64,000 nucleotides of DNA from an uncultured Pseudomonadota bacterium (GCA_963847705.1 CAWKBC010000032.1:32001-96000), one strand, 5' to 3'; shown: positions 1-10,558, counted from the stretch's first letter. The notes: generated by a model from the letters alone, not told the origin. Program-made: numbers and translations.

Positions 1-2864
1 TGCCGCGCGCGCGCCCGGCCCGCCAGATCCAGATAGAGCCGCCCCGCCTCGAGCTTGAGCCCGCTGCGCGCGGCGTGGAACGCCATCGGCGGCAGGCGCG
101 CCCCGTCGGGGAGCCGATCCTGGCGGCGGTAGTAATCGTAAGCGGCGCGATGGATCGCCTCACGCTGTGGCGGCGAGACCGACTGGTAGACCGTGTCGCG
201 CAGGAGCGCGTGGCGAAAGCCGGCCCTGCCTCCGCGATGGCGCGCGAGGATGCCGCTCTCGACCAGGCGGCGGACGCCGATCCCCGCGTCCAGCTGGGTC
301 TCGGCCGAGACGCCGCCGCGCTCGAGCTCCTGCACCACCCCCTCAATCTCCTCGCTGCTGAACTCGGCGCCCAGGACCGAGGCCAGCCGCGCGTGCGCCA
401 TCAGATCGGGGGGCAGCGACTCCGTCTCGCGGCTGGCCAGCCACTGGACGAGCGGGAGATCGGGCAGCCGATCGAGCTCGTCGGTGGCGAGCGTCCAGCC
501 CTGCCCCTTGCCCGACTTGCGCACCAGGCCGTCCCGCTTGAGGCCGCGCACGAGCTCGACCAGCAAGAGCGGGATCCCCTCGGTGCGCGCGGCCAGCAGC
601 GCCAGCGCGGTGGCCGGCACGTTCTCCGCCGGCGACAGCAGCCGGCGCGCCAGATCGGCGGCCGCCCCCGGCTCCAGCGCGGGGAGCGTGATCTCGCGCC
701 GGGCGGCGGCGCGACCGGCCCAGTCGGTGCGCCCGCGCCCGAAGCTGGGACGACCGACCACGCAGATCCAAATCGGGCAGCCCGCCTCGGCGAGCGCGGC
801 GTATTCCAGCGCGTCGAGCGCCGTCTCGTCGACGAAGTGCGCGTCCTCCAGGACCAGCGCCAGCGCCCGGTGGCGGGCCTTGGCCCGCAACGCCTCACCG
901 GCGGCGCGCGCGGCGGCCGAACGGATGGCGCCTGGCGCGGCGGTCAGCGCCCGCAGTTCCGGATGCTCGGGCGGGGCCCACCCCATGGTGATCGCCACGC
1001 CGGCCCAGACCTCCCTGGCCAGCTCCGCCCCGAGCCGCTCGGCCAGGAGCGCCCGGCCGAGATCCGCCGGCGCCGCGTCGGGGAGCGACAGCGTCGAACG
1101 CAAGAGCTCGCGGGTGGTCTGCTCCTCGACGCCGCCCAGGACCTCCTTGGCGCGCACGAACAGCAGCTGGAACGCCGGCACGATCTCCAGGTGCTGCACC
1201 AGCATCTGCGCCAGGTGGGTCTTGCCGTAACCTGCCGCGCCCAGCAGCGTCACGATGGTCGGCGTCGAGCCGCTCGCCGCCGCGCGCGCCGACTCGAGCA
1301 GCGTGCGCAGAAGCTCGTCGCGGCCCACCAGCGGCGCCACGCCCATCCGGGTGGTGGTCCGCTCGGCGGCCTGCGCCGCCGCCTTCTGCAACCGCGAGGT
1401 CCCCTGGCGCCCCGGCACCGGCTCGACCGGAAGATCGGGCAGCACCTCCAGCGCGGCGGGGGAGAGCAGGATCCCCTCCGGATCGGACTCGCCGGGATAC
1501 TGCTCCTTCTTGGCAAACAGCGGGCTTTGATAGCGGCGCGTCCCGTCGGGCCGGGCCTGGATGGAGACCGAAGCCAGGTCGACCAGCGCCCGCTTGGCGA
1601 GCCCCCGCGCGACGATCATCTCCCCCGCGTTGGCCGCGGCCCGCGTCGGGTTGTCCCCCACCTCGTGCCCGAAGGCGAGCACGTACTGCGCGCCCGCCGC
1701 GTGCGCCAGCTGCGCCCCGACGCTGGACATCGCCTCGCGCACCGCGGCCACGCTGCTCTTGCTCTCGAAGAAGAGCAGCGCGACCGCACGCCGTTCGCGC
1801 GGGGGGGCGGCCGGCTTGGCGGCGACCTTGCCGTCCGGCTTGGCGTCGGCGGACCCGGCAGCCGGCGGCGTGGCCGCAGGCTGCGCGGCGTCGCGTCGCG
1901 CCCGCTCCGCGGCGATCCCCGCCTGCAGTGCGCGGCGAAGATCGGCGATGCTGGCCGGCCGCCGCTCGGGATCCTTGGCCAGGCAGCGCATGACGGCGTC
2001 CTCGAGCGCCACCCCGATCTCCGCCCGGCGCGACAGCGCGGGGGGGCGCCGGCTGCGGTGGTTCTGCTGCACCTCGGCCGAATTTCCCCAGAACGGCGGT
2101 GCGCCCGCCAGCATCTCGTAGAAGATCACGCCCAGCGCGTAGATGTCGCTGCGGGCGTCGATCTCGGTGCGCCCTTCGCACTGCTCGGGCGACATGTACT
2201 CGGGCGTTCCGGCCGGGGCCTCCTCCTTGGTCGACTCGACGCGATCGCCCCCGGCGCCGACGCTGCGGACCAGGCCGAAGTCGAACAGCTTCACCCCCGT
2301 TTCGTCGACGAAGAGGTTCTCCGGTTTGAGGTCGCAGTGGACGAAGTCGCGGCCGTGCGCCGTCTCGACCGCCGCCAGAATCGCCAGCGCGTCGCGCGCG
2401 AACTCGTCGAGCGACATCGTCGGCGTCTTCGACTTGGGCGAGCTCGGATCGGAGAGGGCGGCCAGTCGTTCGGCCAGGAGCGGCGCCCGGACGAACTCCA
2501 TCACCACGTAGACCGAACCGTCGTCGAGGACGCCCCGCTCGTAGACCGCCGGAACGTGAGGCACACCGACGGCAGAGAGCGCGTATGCCTCACGCATCAG
2601 GCTCTCGCCGGCGGCCGCGTTGTCGGAGCGGGCGACCTTGATCGCGACGGTCTGTCCGTCGGAGATCCGCTCGGCCAGGAAGACGGCGCCGAATCCCCCC
2701 TGCCCCAGCGTGCGCCGCACGCGGAAGATCGGCAGATCGGGCGTCGGCACCACGAACGGCGTCGTGTCGTCGGGCTGCTCGGCGACGGGCGGCGGCGTCC
2801 CGTGCGCCGCGCAGACGGGGGCCGCGTCGCGCAGGCGGCGGCCGCAGGTCGGGCAGCGGATCAT
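1..2864 (-). CDS. Ser/Thr kinase - degenerate cyclase-like domain - STAND/AAA ATPase multidomain protein (3' end lies outside the window)
   Basis: Absent from the ORF track because it has no stop in the window. Manual translation from ATG 2864 (RBS AAGAGGG) gives MIRCPTCGRRLRDAAPVCAAHG, kinase HCDLKPEN and DFG, Walker A GAAGYGKT (~1220-1245) and Walker B-like LVLEDAH, all in one frame. Confidence 0.9.
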   Translation of the reverse strand, partial: MIRCPTCGRRLRDAAPVCAAHGTPPPVAEQPDDTTPFVVPTPDLPIFRVRRTLGQGGFGAVFLAERISDGQTVAIKVARSDNAAAGESLMREAYALSAVGVPHVPAVYERGVLDDGSVYVVMEFVRAPLLAERLAALSDPSSPKSKTPTMSLDEFARDALAILAAVETAHGRDFVHCDLKPENLFVDETGVKLFDFGLVRSVGAGGDRVESTKEEAPAGTPEYMSPEQCEGRTEIDARSDIYALGVIFYEMLAGAPPFWGNSAEVQQNHRSRRPPALSRRAEIGVALEDAVMRCLAKDPERRPASIADLRRALQAGIAAERARRDAAQPAATPPAAGSADAKPDGKVAAKPAAPPRERRAVALLFFESKSSVAAVREAMSSVGAQLAHAAGAQYVLAFGHEVGDNPTRAAANAGEMIVARGLAKRALVDLASVSIQARPDGTRRYQSPLFAKKEQYPGESDPEGILLSPAALEVLPDLPVEPVPGRQGTSRLQKAAAQAAERTTTRMGVAPLVGRDELLRTLLESARAAASGSTPTIVTLLGAAGYGKTHLAQMLVQHLEIVPAFQLLFVRAKEVLGGVEEQTTRELLRSTLSLPDAAPADLGRALLAERLGAELAREVWAGVAITMGWAPPEHPELRALTAAPGAIRSAAARAAGEALRAKARHRALALVLEDAHFVDETALDALEYAALAEAGCPIWICVVGRPSFGRGRTDWAGRAAARREITLPALEPGAAADLARRLLSPAENVPATALALLAARTEGIPLLLVELVRGLKRDGLVRKSGKGQGWTLATDELDRLPDLPLVQWLASRETESLPPDLMAHARLASVLGAEFSSEEIEGVVQELERGGVSAETQLDAGIGVRRLVESGILARHRGGRAGFRHALLRDTVYQSVSPPQREAIHRAAYDYYRRQDRLPDGARLPPMAFHAARSGLKLEAGRLYLDLAGRARAR

Positions 2865-2974
2865 CGGCGACCCTCTTTTTAACCCGAACGTCACCCCTTT
2901 ACCCACCTCGGCGCATGTTGTGCGAGGCTTGTCCTCTCCACGTGGCATCTTCATCGACGGGCGGAGCCCCCGGC

Positions 2975-5569
2975 TTGACGCCGTTGCCCATCGACGCGTC
3001 CGTTCCGGCCATCGTGAACGCGCTGGAGGCCGACGGCGCGGTGGTCGTCGAGGCGCCACCCGGCGCCGGAAAGACCACCCGCGTGCCGAGCGCGCTCCTC
3101 GACGCGCGCCTGTCCGGTGCGGGCGAGATCTGGGTCCTCGAGCCGCGGCGCCTGCCGGCGCGCCTGGCGGCCACCCGGGTGGCCGCCGAGCGCGGGGAGC
3201 GGGTCGGCGAGACCATCGGCTACAGCGTTCGCTTCGACGAGGCGGGGGGTCCCCGCACCCGGCTGAGGTTCATGACCGAAGGGCTGTTCGTGCGGCGCCT
3301 GCTCGCAGCTCCGGAGCTCCCTGGGGTTTCCGCCGTCGTGCTGGACGAGCTGCACGAGCGTCACGTGGCGACCGATCTGGCGCTCGCCTGGCTGCGCCGG
3401 CTGCGTCAAGGGGCACGCCCCGATCTGGCGGTGGTGGCCATGTCGGCGACGCTGGAGGCCGAGCCGGTGCGGGCGTTTCTGGCCGGTGGCGCCCGGCGGG
3501 CGACCACCGTGCGGAGCGAAGGGCGCCGGTTCGACGTGGCGATCGAACATCTGCCGGTGGCGCAGGCGAGCGACGACCGTCCGCTCGAACGGCGGATCGC
3601 GGCGGCGGTCCGGCAGCTTTTGCGCGAGGAGCCCGACGGCGACCTGCTGGTCTTTCTTCCGGGCGCCGGCGAGATCCGGCGCGCGCAGGCCGCGCTCGCC
3701 GAGCTGCCGCAGGCAGGCGAGCTGGCGATTCTTCCCCTGCACGGCGAGATGCCGCTCGAGGAGCAGACGCGCGCCGTGCGCCCCGCCGGGAGGCGCAAGG
3801 TGGTCCTGGCGACCAACGTGGCCGAATCGTCGGTGACCATCGACGGCGTGGTGGCGGTGGTCGACACGGGGCTGGCGCGCGTCGCCGCGCACTCGCCCTG
3901 GACGGGCCTGCCCACGCTGGCGCTGGCCAAGATCAGCCGCGCCGCGGCCGAGCAGCGGGCCGGACGCGCCGGACGCACGCGCCCCGGACGCGCGCTGCGC
4001 CTCTTCACGCAGCACGACTTCGAGCAACGCCCCGCCTACGATCCACCCGAGATCGCGCGGGTCGATCTGACGGACCTGGCGATGACGTTGTCGGCGCTCG
4101 GCCTCTCCGACGCCGACGCGCTCGACTGGCTGGAGCCGCCGCCCGCCGCCGCGTGGGGCGCGGCGCGCGAGCTTCTCCAGCGGCTGGGGGCGATCTCGGC
4201 GGCCGGCTCCCTCAGCGACGTCGGCCGGCGCATGCTCCGGTTCCCAATCCATCCCCGGCTCGCGCGGCTGGTGGTCGAGGGGGAGGCGCGCGGCGCCGGC
4301 GACGCCGCGGCGCTGGCGGCCGCGCTGATCGGCGAGCGCGACATCCGCGCCAGCGCGCGGGCCTCGTTCGGCGGTGGCGCCGGGGCGCGCCCCGATCGGG
4401 GCGCCGACGTCCTCGATCTCGTCGATCTTTACCGCGAGGCCGAGGCCGGGCGCTTTCGCCCCGACCTCCTCCGCCGGCTCGAGCTGGACGCCCGCGCGGT
4501 CGAGGAGGTGGGCCGCGTCCGGCGACAGCTCACCTCGGCGCTCGACGGCCGCCGCGCGCGCGCCGACGCGGCGACCGAAGCGCCGGCCTTGCGGCAGGCG
4601 ATTCTCACCGCCTTCCCGGATCGCGTCGCGCACCGGCGCGAAGCGGGCGGCAAGACCGCCTTGCTCGCGGCGGGCGGCAGCGCAGAGCTGGGCCTCGAGC
4701 AGACGGGCGACTGGCTGGTGACCGTCGACGTGGTGGAGGATCGCAAGTCGGGGCGAAGCGGCCTTTCGGGGCGCGCGCCCGTGGTCCGTCTCAGCGCGCG
4801 CATCGAGCCCGAGTGGGTGCTCGATCTCTTCGCCGAGCGCGTCGTGGAGATCGATCGCCGCGCGTTCGACGCGCGCACCGAGCGGGTCGAGCGCACCACC
4901 GGCCTGGCGTTCGGCGCGCTGGCGCTCGACGCGCGCACGGAGCCGGCGCCTCCCGACGAAGAGACCGCGCGGCTGCTGGCGGAGGCGGCGTTGGCGCGGG
5001 GGATCGACAAGCTCCCCGGCGGCCAGGTGATTCCGGCGCTTCTGCAACGAATCACCTTCGCCCGCCAGGCTGCGCCCGAGGCGCCGCTTCCCACCCTCGG
5101 CGCTGACGCCGTGAGCGAGCTGGTGCGGCTGGCCTGCGTCGGGCGAAACAGCTTCGCCGAGCTGGCGACGCCGGGGGCCGATCTGGGGACCGCGGTCCTG
5201 GCCGCGCTCCCGCCCGAAGCGCGCCGGGCGCTCGACACGCTGGCGCCGCTGCAGATCACGCTCTCCGGCGGCCGTACGGTGCCGATCCACTACGATCCCA
5301 CCAGCCCGCCCTGGATCGAATCGCGGCTGCAGGACTTCTTCGGGACGCGCGCCGCGCCGGTCATCGGCGGCGGCCGCGTGCCGCTCACGGTGCACCTGCT
5401 GGCGCCCAACGGACGGGCGGTCCAGGTGACCCGCGATCTGGCCGGCTTCTGGACGCAGCACTACCCCGCGCTCCGCCGTGAGCTCGGGCGGCGCTACCCG
5501 CGGCACGCCTGGCCAGAGGACGGAGCCACCGCGCGCCCCCCGGATCCGAATTCCCACCGACGCCGCTGA
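2975..5569 (+). CDS. hrpB: ATP-dependent RNA helicase HrpB
   Basis: GAGKTT, DELHER, MSAT, ATNVAESSVTI and QRAGRAGR motifs; HrpB C-terminus LLAPNGRAVQVT..YPRHAWP; TTG start chosen for its GGAG RBS. Confidence 0.93.
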   Translation: MTPLPIDASVPAIVNALEADGAVVVEAPPGAGKTTRVPSALLDARLSGAGEIWVLEPRRLPARLAATRVAAERGERVGETIGYSVRFDEAGGPRTRLRFMTEGLFVRRLLAAPELPGVSAVVLDELHERHVATDLALAWLRRLRQGARPDLAVVAMSATLEAEPVRAFLAGGARRATTVRSEGRRFDVAIEHLPVAQASDDRPLERRIAAAVRQLLREEPDGDLLVFLPGAGEIRRAQAALAELPQAGELAILPLHGEMPLEEQTRAVRPAGRRKVVLATNVAESSVTIDGVVAVVDTGLARVAAHSPWTGLPTLALAKISRAAAEQRAGRAGRTRPGRALRLFTQHDFEQRPAYDPPEIARVDLTDLAMTLSALGLSDADALDWLEPPPAAAWGAARELLQRLGAISAAGSLSDVGRRMLRFPIHPRLARLVVEGEARGAGDAAALAAALIGERDIRASARASFGGGAGARPDRGADVLDLVDLYREAEAGRFRPDLLRRLELDARAVEEVGRVRRQLTSALDGRRARADAATEAPALRQAILTAFPDRVAHRREAGGKTALLAAGGSAELGLEQTGDWLVTVDVVEDRKSGRSGLSGRAPVVRLSARIEPEWVLDLFAERVVEIDRRAFDARTERVERTTGLAFGALALDARTEPAPPDEETARLLAEAALARGIDKLPGGQVIPALLQRITFARQAAPEAPLPTLGADAVSELVRLACVGRNSFAELATPGADLGTAVLAALPPEARRALDTLAPLQITLSGGRTVPIHYDPTSPPWIESRLQDFFGTRAAPVIGGGRVPLTVHLLAPNGRAVQVTRDLAGFWTQHYPALRRELGRRYPRHAWPEDGATARPPDPNSHRRR

Positions 5570-5611
5570 GGCCGGCTGCGCCCGCCGGATCCGGGGCCCT
5601 ATCATCGTGGG

Positions 5612-5989
5612 GTGGACCAGCGAATCACCTGGGTGACGGGCCAGCGGGGGGACGGGCCCAGGGAGACCATTGGCGTGCTCGAGCTCGAGGCCGACGGCCG
5701 CTGCCGCGCCGTCTTCGCCGAGCGGGCCGAGGTGGACGGCCACTGCCACGTCCTGCTGGCCCGTCAGGCCTGGGGCGGGAAAACCTCACTCGGGACCCGA
5801 TAGTGGAGTCTGGTGCTCGACCCTGATCACAAGGTCTCGACGAGACGCAACGGTTCCTGCGGCGACCCCATCACCAAGGCAGACATCCCGCAGATCCTGC
5901 GCGCTCTCGCCGAGCTCGATCTGCTCAAGAAGGGCACCATGATCGCCGTGGATGCAGGTGGCTCGGTCATCGTGGGGCTGAACGCCTGA
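5612..5989 (+). other. Small hypothetical ORF with an in-frame TAG at 5801-5803 (pseudogene or two tiny ORFs)
   Basis: The 63-aa ORF continues in the same frame for 61 more sense codons to TGA at 5987-5989, filling the hrpB-pepP gap. Confidence 0.35.
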
Positions 5990-6025
5990 CTGAACAGCGT
6001 CGCCGCCAGCGGATATACTCCGGCC

Positions 6026-7429
6026 ATGCAGCCGCGCGCTCCCGATCGGACCGAGCTGCAGCGGCGCGCCGGCGAGCAACGGCGCGCCCGCCTCGCCAAG
6101 CTGCTGGGCCCCCGCCCGGCCTTGATCGCGGCCGGCCTGCCGCGCCCGCGCAACTACGCCGCGAACCTCTACCCGTACCGCGCCAGCAGCCACTTTCTGT
6201 ATCTGTTCGGCCTTCCGCTGCGGGGCGCGATTGCGGTTTACGACGGCTCCGCCTTCACCCTCTACCTGCCCGAGCCGCACCCCGATCAGGCGCTCTGGGA
6301 GGGACCGGCACCGACCTTCGAGGAGATCTCCGCGGCGACCGCTTGCCCCGTTCGCCCGCTCGCCCGTCTGGCAGCCAGCGTGCGCGGGCGCGCCGTCGCC
6401 ACGCTCGCCGCGCCGGACCTGGAGACCTGCCTCGAGCAGAGCCGCCTTCTCAACCGCGAGATCCGTCCGGGCGTGATCGACGTGCTCGACGCGCCACTTT
6501 GCGACGCGATGATCGCGCTCCGCCTGCAACACGACGAGGCCGCTGTCGCTGAGCTGCGCCGCGCCGCAGACGCGACGGCCGCAGCGCATCAGGCCGGAAT
6601 GGCCGCCACCCGCCCCGGGCGCACGGCGGCCGCGGTCCGCGCGGCGATGGAGGCGGCGCTCATCGCGCGCGGAATGAGCTGCGCCTACCCATCGATCGTC
6701 ACGCCGCACGGCGAGATCTTGCACAGCGAGCGCTACGATCACGAGCTGCGCCAAGGCGATCTGCTGCTGGCCGACGTCGGCGCGGAGACCGAGGGTGGCT
6801 GGGCTGGCGACGTCACCCGCACCTGGCCGGTCTCCGGTCGCTTCTCCCCCACGCAGCGCGATTTTTACCAGCTGGTGCTGGAGGCGCAGCGGCGCGCGAT
6901 CGCGGCGGTCGGCCCCGGCACGCGTTATCGCAACGTCCACGTCATCGCCTGCCAGACGCTGGCGTCCGGTCTGGTCGATCTCGGCGTCCTGCGCGGCGAT
7001 CCGATCGCGCTGGCGGCAGACGGGGTGGTCGCGCTGCTGTTTCCGCACGGGGTCGGACATCTGCTGGGGCTCGACGTGCACGACATGGAAGACCTGGGCG
7101 ATCGCGCCGGCTATGGGCCCGGACGAGAACGGTCGAAGGAGTTTGGCCTGCGTTCGCTCCGCCTCGACCGCGATCTCGTCCCCGGTATGGCCATCACCAT
7201 CGAGCCCGGCCTCTACCAGGTGGAGTCAATTCTGCAGGATGCGGCGCTGACCCGGGTGGCGGGCGATCGCCTGGACCGCAACAAGCTTGCCGCCTTTGCC
7301 GACGTTCGCGGCATCCGGATCGAAGACGACGTCCTGGTGACCGAAACCGGACGAGAGGTCCTCACCGAGGCGATCCCCAAGTCGATCGCCGCGGTCGAAA
7401 GCGCAATCGGTGTGGCCCCTGGCCCCTGA
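6026..7429 (+). CDS. pepP: Xaa-Pro aminopeptidase (M24B)
   Basis: YRASSHFLYLFG N-domain; metal-ligand motifs DVG..GDVTRT, HGVGHLLGLDVHD, TIEPGLY and GIRIEDD. Confidence 0.9.
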   Translation: MQPRAPDRTELQRRAGEQRRARLAKLLGPRPALIAAGLPRPRNYAANLYPYRASSHFLYLFGLPLRGAIAVYDGSAFTLYLPEPHPDQALWEGPAPTFEEISAATACPVRPLARLAASVRGRAVATLAAPDLETCLEQSRLLNREIRPGVIDVLDAPLCDAMIALRLQHDEAAVAELRRAADATAAAHQAGMAATRPGRTAAAVRAAMEAALIARGMSCAYPSIVTPHGEILHSERYDHELRQGDLLLADVGAETEGGWAGDVTRTWPVSGRFSPTQRDFYQLVLEAQRRAIAAVGPGTRYRNVHVIACQTLASGLVDLGVLRGDPIALAADGVVALLFPHGVGHLLGLDVHDMEDLGDRAGYGPGRERSKEFGLRSLRLDRDLVPGMAITIEPGLYQVESILQDAALTRVAGDRLDRNKLAAFADVRGIRIEDDVLVTETGREVLTEAIPKSIAAVESAIGVAPGP

Positions 7430-7457
7430 CGCCGCTCGCTGAAAGCGCCTTCGAGCG

Positions 7458-8492
7458 CTACTGATTCGGGGACGGCGCTTGCGGCACGCTCGCCGGCGGC
7501 GGGCTGGTCTCAGGCGCCATCGTGGTGGGAGCAGCCGTGTTGGGCGCAATCGTGGGGGCGCTCTGAGGAGGCTGGCCCGTCGGTTGCGACGGCTGCGCCG
7601 GCACGGTGGTCGTTTGGCCATACGAGTCGACGCCGACGACGTTCGAGCTCTGCCCGCTCGCCGGAGCCTCGGGCGCCTCGGCGGCAGCCCCGGGCGCCGC
7701 CACCGGAGCTCCAGGGGGGGCTGCCCCTTCCGGTGGTGCAGCGGCAGCGGGTGGCGTCGCCTCACCGGGCGGCGTGGCCGCTTCGGGCGCCGCGGCCGTA
7801 TCAGGCGGGCTGGCCCGAACCGGGGTGGCATAGAGCGGCACCACGGTGGTGGCGGGTGCCCCAGCGGTGGACGGCGCCGCCGCCGCCGGATTGACTGGCT
7901 CCGCCGTCAAGGGCGCCGCTGCCGGAGTCTCCGAGGCTGGCGCGGCCAGTGGGGTCGACGTCACCGGGGCGGCAAACGGCGTCGCGGTTGCCGGCGCAGC
8001 AAACGGCGTCGCGGTCACCGGGGCAGCCGTCGAAGAGCTGGCGCTGGTCGGCGGCGCAGCGGGCCCCGGCGCGAAGGGAGGTGTCGCCGTCGAGGGGACG
8101 GGGATGGCCGGCGGTCTGGCGGCCGCCAGGGGAAGTTGCGCGGTCATGACCTGAGCGCTCCCGGGAGGCGCGGCGACCGTGGTGCCATCGGTGGTCGGCA
8201 CCTCGGCCACCTGGGGCTTCGCGACCGCCTGCTTCGCCGCCTCGCGCTTGCGCGCCGCTGTCGCTTGCACGCTCCTTGGATTGAACGGCGGCGGATCCGT
8301 CGCCTTTCTCACATAGTCTGCAGCGGCCGTCGATTCATCTGGACCGCTCGGTGTGGGGAGTGCCGAGATCGAATCTGGCCCTTCAGCCTGTGCCTGCGCG
8401 GTGGCGGCGAAGGAAGAGAAGATCGCGATCCCGCAAACCGCGCCCAAGAAAATCGCTGATCGCAGCCACATACGAACCGCACGTCCGAGCAT
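7458..8492 (-). CDS. Secreted Pro/Ala/Thr-rich low-complexity protein
   Basis: Strong RBS GGGGAGGGAG; signal peptide ending AQAQA; internal TATPFAAP duplication. Confidence 0.7.
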   Translation of the reverse strand: MLGRAVRMWLRSAIFLGAVCGIAIFSSFAATAQAQAEGPDSISALPTPSGPDESTAAADYVRKATDPPPFNPRSVQATAARKREAAKQAVAKPQVAEVPTTDGTTVAAPPGSAQVMTAQLPLAAARPPAIPVPSTATPPFAPGPAAPPTSASSSTAAPVTATPFAAPATATPFAAPVTSTPLAAPASETPAAAPLTAEPVNPAAAAPSTAGAPATTVVPLYATPVRASPPDTAAAPEAATPPGEATPPAAAAPPEGAAPPGAPVAAPGAAAEAPEAPASGQSSNVVGVDSYGQTTTVPAQPSQPTGQPPQSAPTIAPNTAAPTTMAPETSPPPASVPQAPSPNQ

Positions 8493-8640
8493 CTGATCTC
8501 CCTCCCCTGACTTTCTAGATCGCTTGAGTTGACTGTCGCTTCGTCTCGCTTGTTCGCCCTCCAATGAATTTAGGCTCTGAGAAGCACAGGGTGAGTCCCT
8601 TGCGGCTTCCGGGGCCGTTGCCAGATTCCAGGAGGTACCT

Positions 8641-8961
8641 GTGGAGAAGTTGCAACCGCAGAAGCTGCCCGGGCTCATCCGCGATCTGCGCGCCGAGCTG
8701 CGGCGCCCCGACCGGGGGCCGCGCGCGCAGCTCTACGAGCTGGCGCGGCGGCGGATCGAGGCGCCGCACGAAATTCTCGACTGGGCCAAGCGTGACCGCC
8801 GCTGGTCGTTCACGTTGGCCGAGATCATGACGGGAACGTTGTCGCGTCCGCGCGATCTGGCAACTGGGTTGGTGGTGGCGATCGCCGATGAGCTCGAAGA
8901 AGAGCGCGAGATGCTCGACGATGACGATCTGGAAACATGGAGAACGGCGCCGATCGAGTAA
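8641..8961 (+). CDS. Hypothetical protein, 106 aa
   Basis: AGGAGG RBS before GTG; host-like codon use; acidic C-terminus. Confidence 0.7.
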   Translation: MEKLQPQKLPGLIRDLRAELRRPDRGPRAQLYELARRRIEAPHEILDWAKRDRRWSFTLAEIMTGTLSRPRDLATGLVVAIADELEEEREMLDDDDLETWRTAPIE

Positions 8962-9012
8962 CGTTTGCGTCAAGCAAGCAGTTTTTTTGCGCCGCGCGCG
9001 AGGTGGTTTTAT

Positions 9013-9261
9013 ATGATCGAGTTCATGAAGATCACCGGGCGGAAGACAGTCAAAGGGGAGAAGACCTCGGCACCCAAGGCCGTGAAGGCGGGGACGGGGA
9101 AAACGAAGACCTCGAACGCGGCCAAGCCAGCAATGGCAGTTGCGCCGACGTACGAGGAGATCGCCAAGCGCTCATACGAGATCTATCTCGAGCGTGGCGG
9201 CGAGCACGGCCACGCCGAGGAAGACTGGGCGCGCGCCGAAGCCGAGCTGCTCGGCAGCTGA
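9013..9261 (+). CDS. DUF2934-domain protein with Lys/Ala-rich N-terminus
   Basis: EEIAKRSYEIYLERGGEHGHAEEDWARAEAEL matches the DUF2934 pattern; start could be 9025. Confidence 0.8.
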   Translation: MIEFMKITGRKTVKGEKTSAPKAVKAGTGKTKTSNAAKPAMAVAPTYEEIAKRSYEIYLERGGEHGHAEEDWARAEAELLGS

Positions 9262-9316
9262 CCACCAGCAGCCAGGTCGTCCTGACGGTTGGCCGCTGGC
9301 CCGCGTCAGGTCAACC

Positions 9317-10558
9317 TCAGCCGAAGCGGCTGAGGACGAGGCACGCGTTGGTGCCGCCGAAGCCGAAGCTGTTCGAGAGCACGTGCTGGACCCGCGCCTC
9401 GCGCGCGGTGTTCGGCACGTAGTCGAGGTCGCAGGCCGGATCGGGCGTCGTGTAGTTGATGGTCGGCGGGATCACCCCGCGCGACAGCACCAGCGCGCAG
9501 ATGGCGCTCTCGACGCCGCCGGCCGCCCCCAGCATGTGTCCGGTCATCGACTTGGTCGAGCTGACCATGAGCTTGCCGGCGTGGTCACCGAACACCTTCT
9601 TGATGGCCAGCGTCTCGGTGGCGTCGTTGATCTCCGTCGACGTCCCGTGCGCGTTGATGTAGCCGATGTCCGCCGGCGAGAGCTTGGCGTCCTTGAGCGC
9701 TAGGCGCATGCAGCGCTGGGCGCCCTCCCCGCCGGGCGCCGGCGAGGTGATGTGGTGCGCGTCGGCGTTGGCGGCGTAGCCGCTCACCTCGGCGTAGATC
9801 TTGGCCCCGCGCGCCCTGGCGTGCTCCATCTCCTCGAGGACCAGGACGCCGGCCCCCTCGGCGATCACGAACCCGTCGCGATCCTTGTCGAACGGGCGCG
9901 AGGCCTCCTGCGGCGCCTCGTTGTGGGTGGACAGCGCGCGCATCGCATTGAAGCCCCCCACCCCGAGCGGGGTGATGGTCGCCTCGGTGCCGCCGCAGAT
10001 CATGGCGTCGGCGTCGCCCCGCTCGATCACCCGGGCGGCGTCGCCGATGGCGTGTGTCCCGGTCGAGCAGGCCGAGACCTGCGAAAGGTTCGGCCCCTTG
10101 GCGCCGAACTTGATCGACAGGTTCCCGGAGGCCAGGTTGACGATGATCATCGGCACGAAGAATGGCGAGAAGCCGTGCCGCGGCCCTTTCTCCCAGAGCG
10201 TCTTGCAGGTCGCCTCGATGGTGGTCACCCCGCCCAGCCCCGCGCCGACGAAGCAGCCGACCCGCTCGGCGAACTCGCCCGAGATCTCCAGGCCGGAGTC
10301 GGCGACCGCCAGCGACCCGGCCGCCACCGCGTAGCGGACAAAGGGATCGAGGGTCTTCGCCTCTCGCGCCGTCATCCAGCGCAAAGGGTCGAAGTCCTTC
10401 ACTTCGCCCGCGAAGTGCGTGGCAAAGGCGGTGTGATCGAATTTCGTGATGGGGCCAATGCCGGACTTCCCGGCCAGCAGCCCCTGCCACGTCTCTTCGG
10501 TGCCGACGGCGATCGGCGTGACGAGCCCGATTCCGGTGACGACGACCCTGCGTGCCAT
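9317..10558 (-). CDS. fabF: 3-oxoacyl-ACP synthase II
   Basis: [28 protein letters not shown] and [10 protein letters not shown] motifs; operon context. Confidence 0.97.
   Translation of the reverse strand: MARRVVVTGIGLVTPIAVGTEETWQGLLAGKSGIGPITKFDHTAFATHFAGEVKDFDPLRWMTAREAKTLDPFVRYAVAAGSLAVADSGLEISGEFAERVGCFVGAGLGGVTTIEATCKTLWEKGPRHGFSPFFVPMIIVNLASGNLSIKFGAKGPNLSQVSACSTGTHAIGDAARVIERGDADAMICGGTEATITPLGVGGFNAMRALSTHNEAPQEASRPFDKDRDGFVIAEGAGVLVLEEMEHARARGAKIYAEVSGYAANADAHHITSPAPGGEGAQRCMRLALKDAKLSPADIGYINAHGTSTEINDATETLAIKKVFGDHAGKLMVSSTKSMTGHMLGAAGGVESAICALVLSRGVIPPTINYTTPDPACDLDYVPNTAREARVQHVLSNSFGFGGTNACLVLSRFG

Noticed and set aside
75-2882. 935-aa plus-strand ORF
   Set aside because: Antisense shadow of the minus-strand kinase/ATPase; Arg-rich with no motifs.
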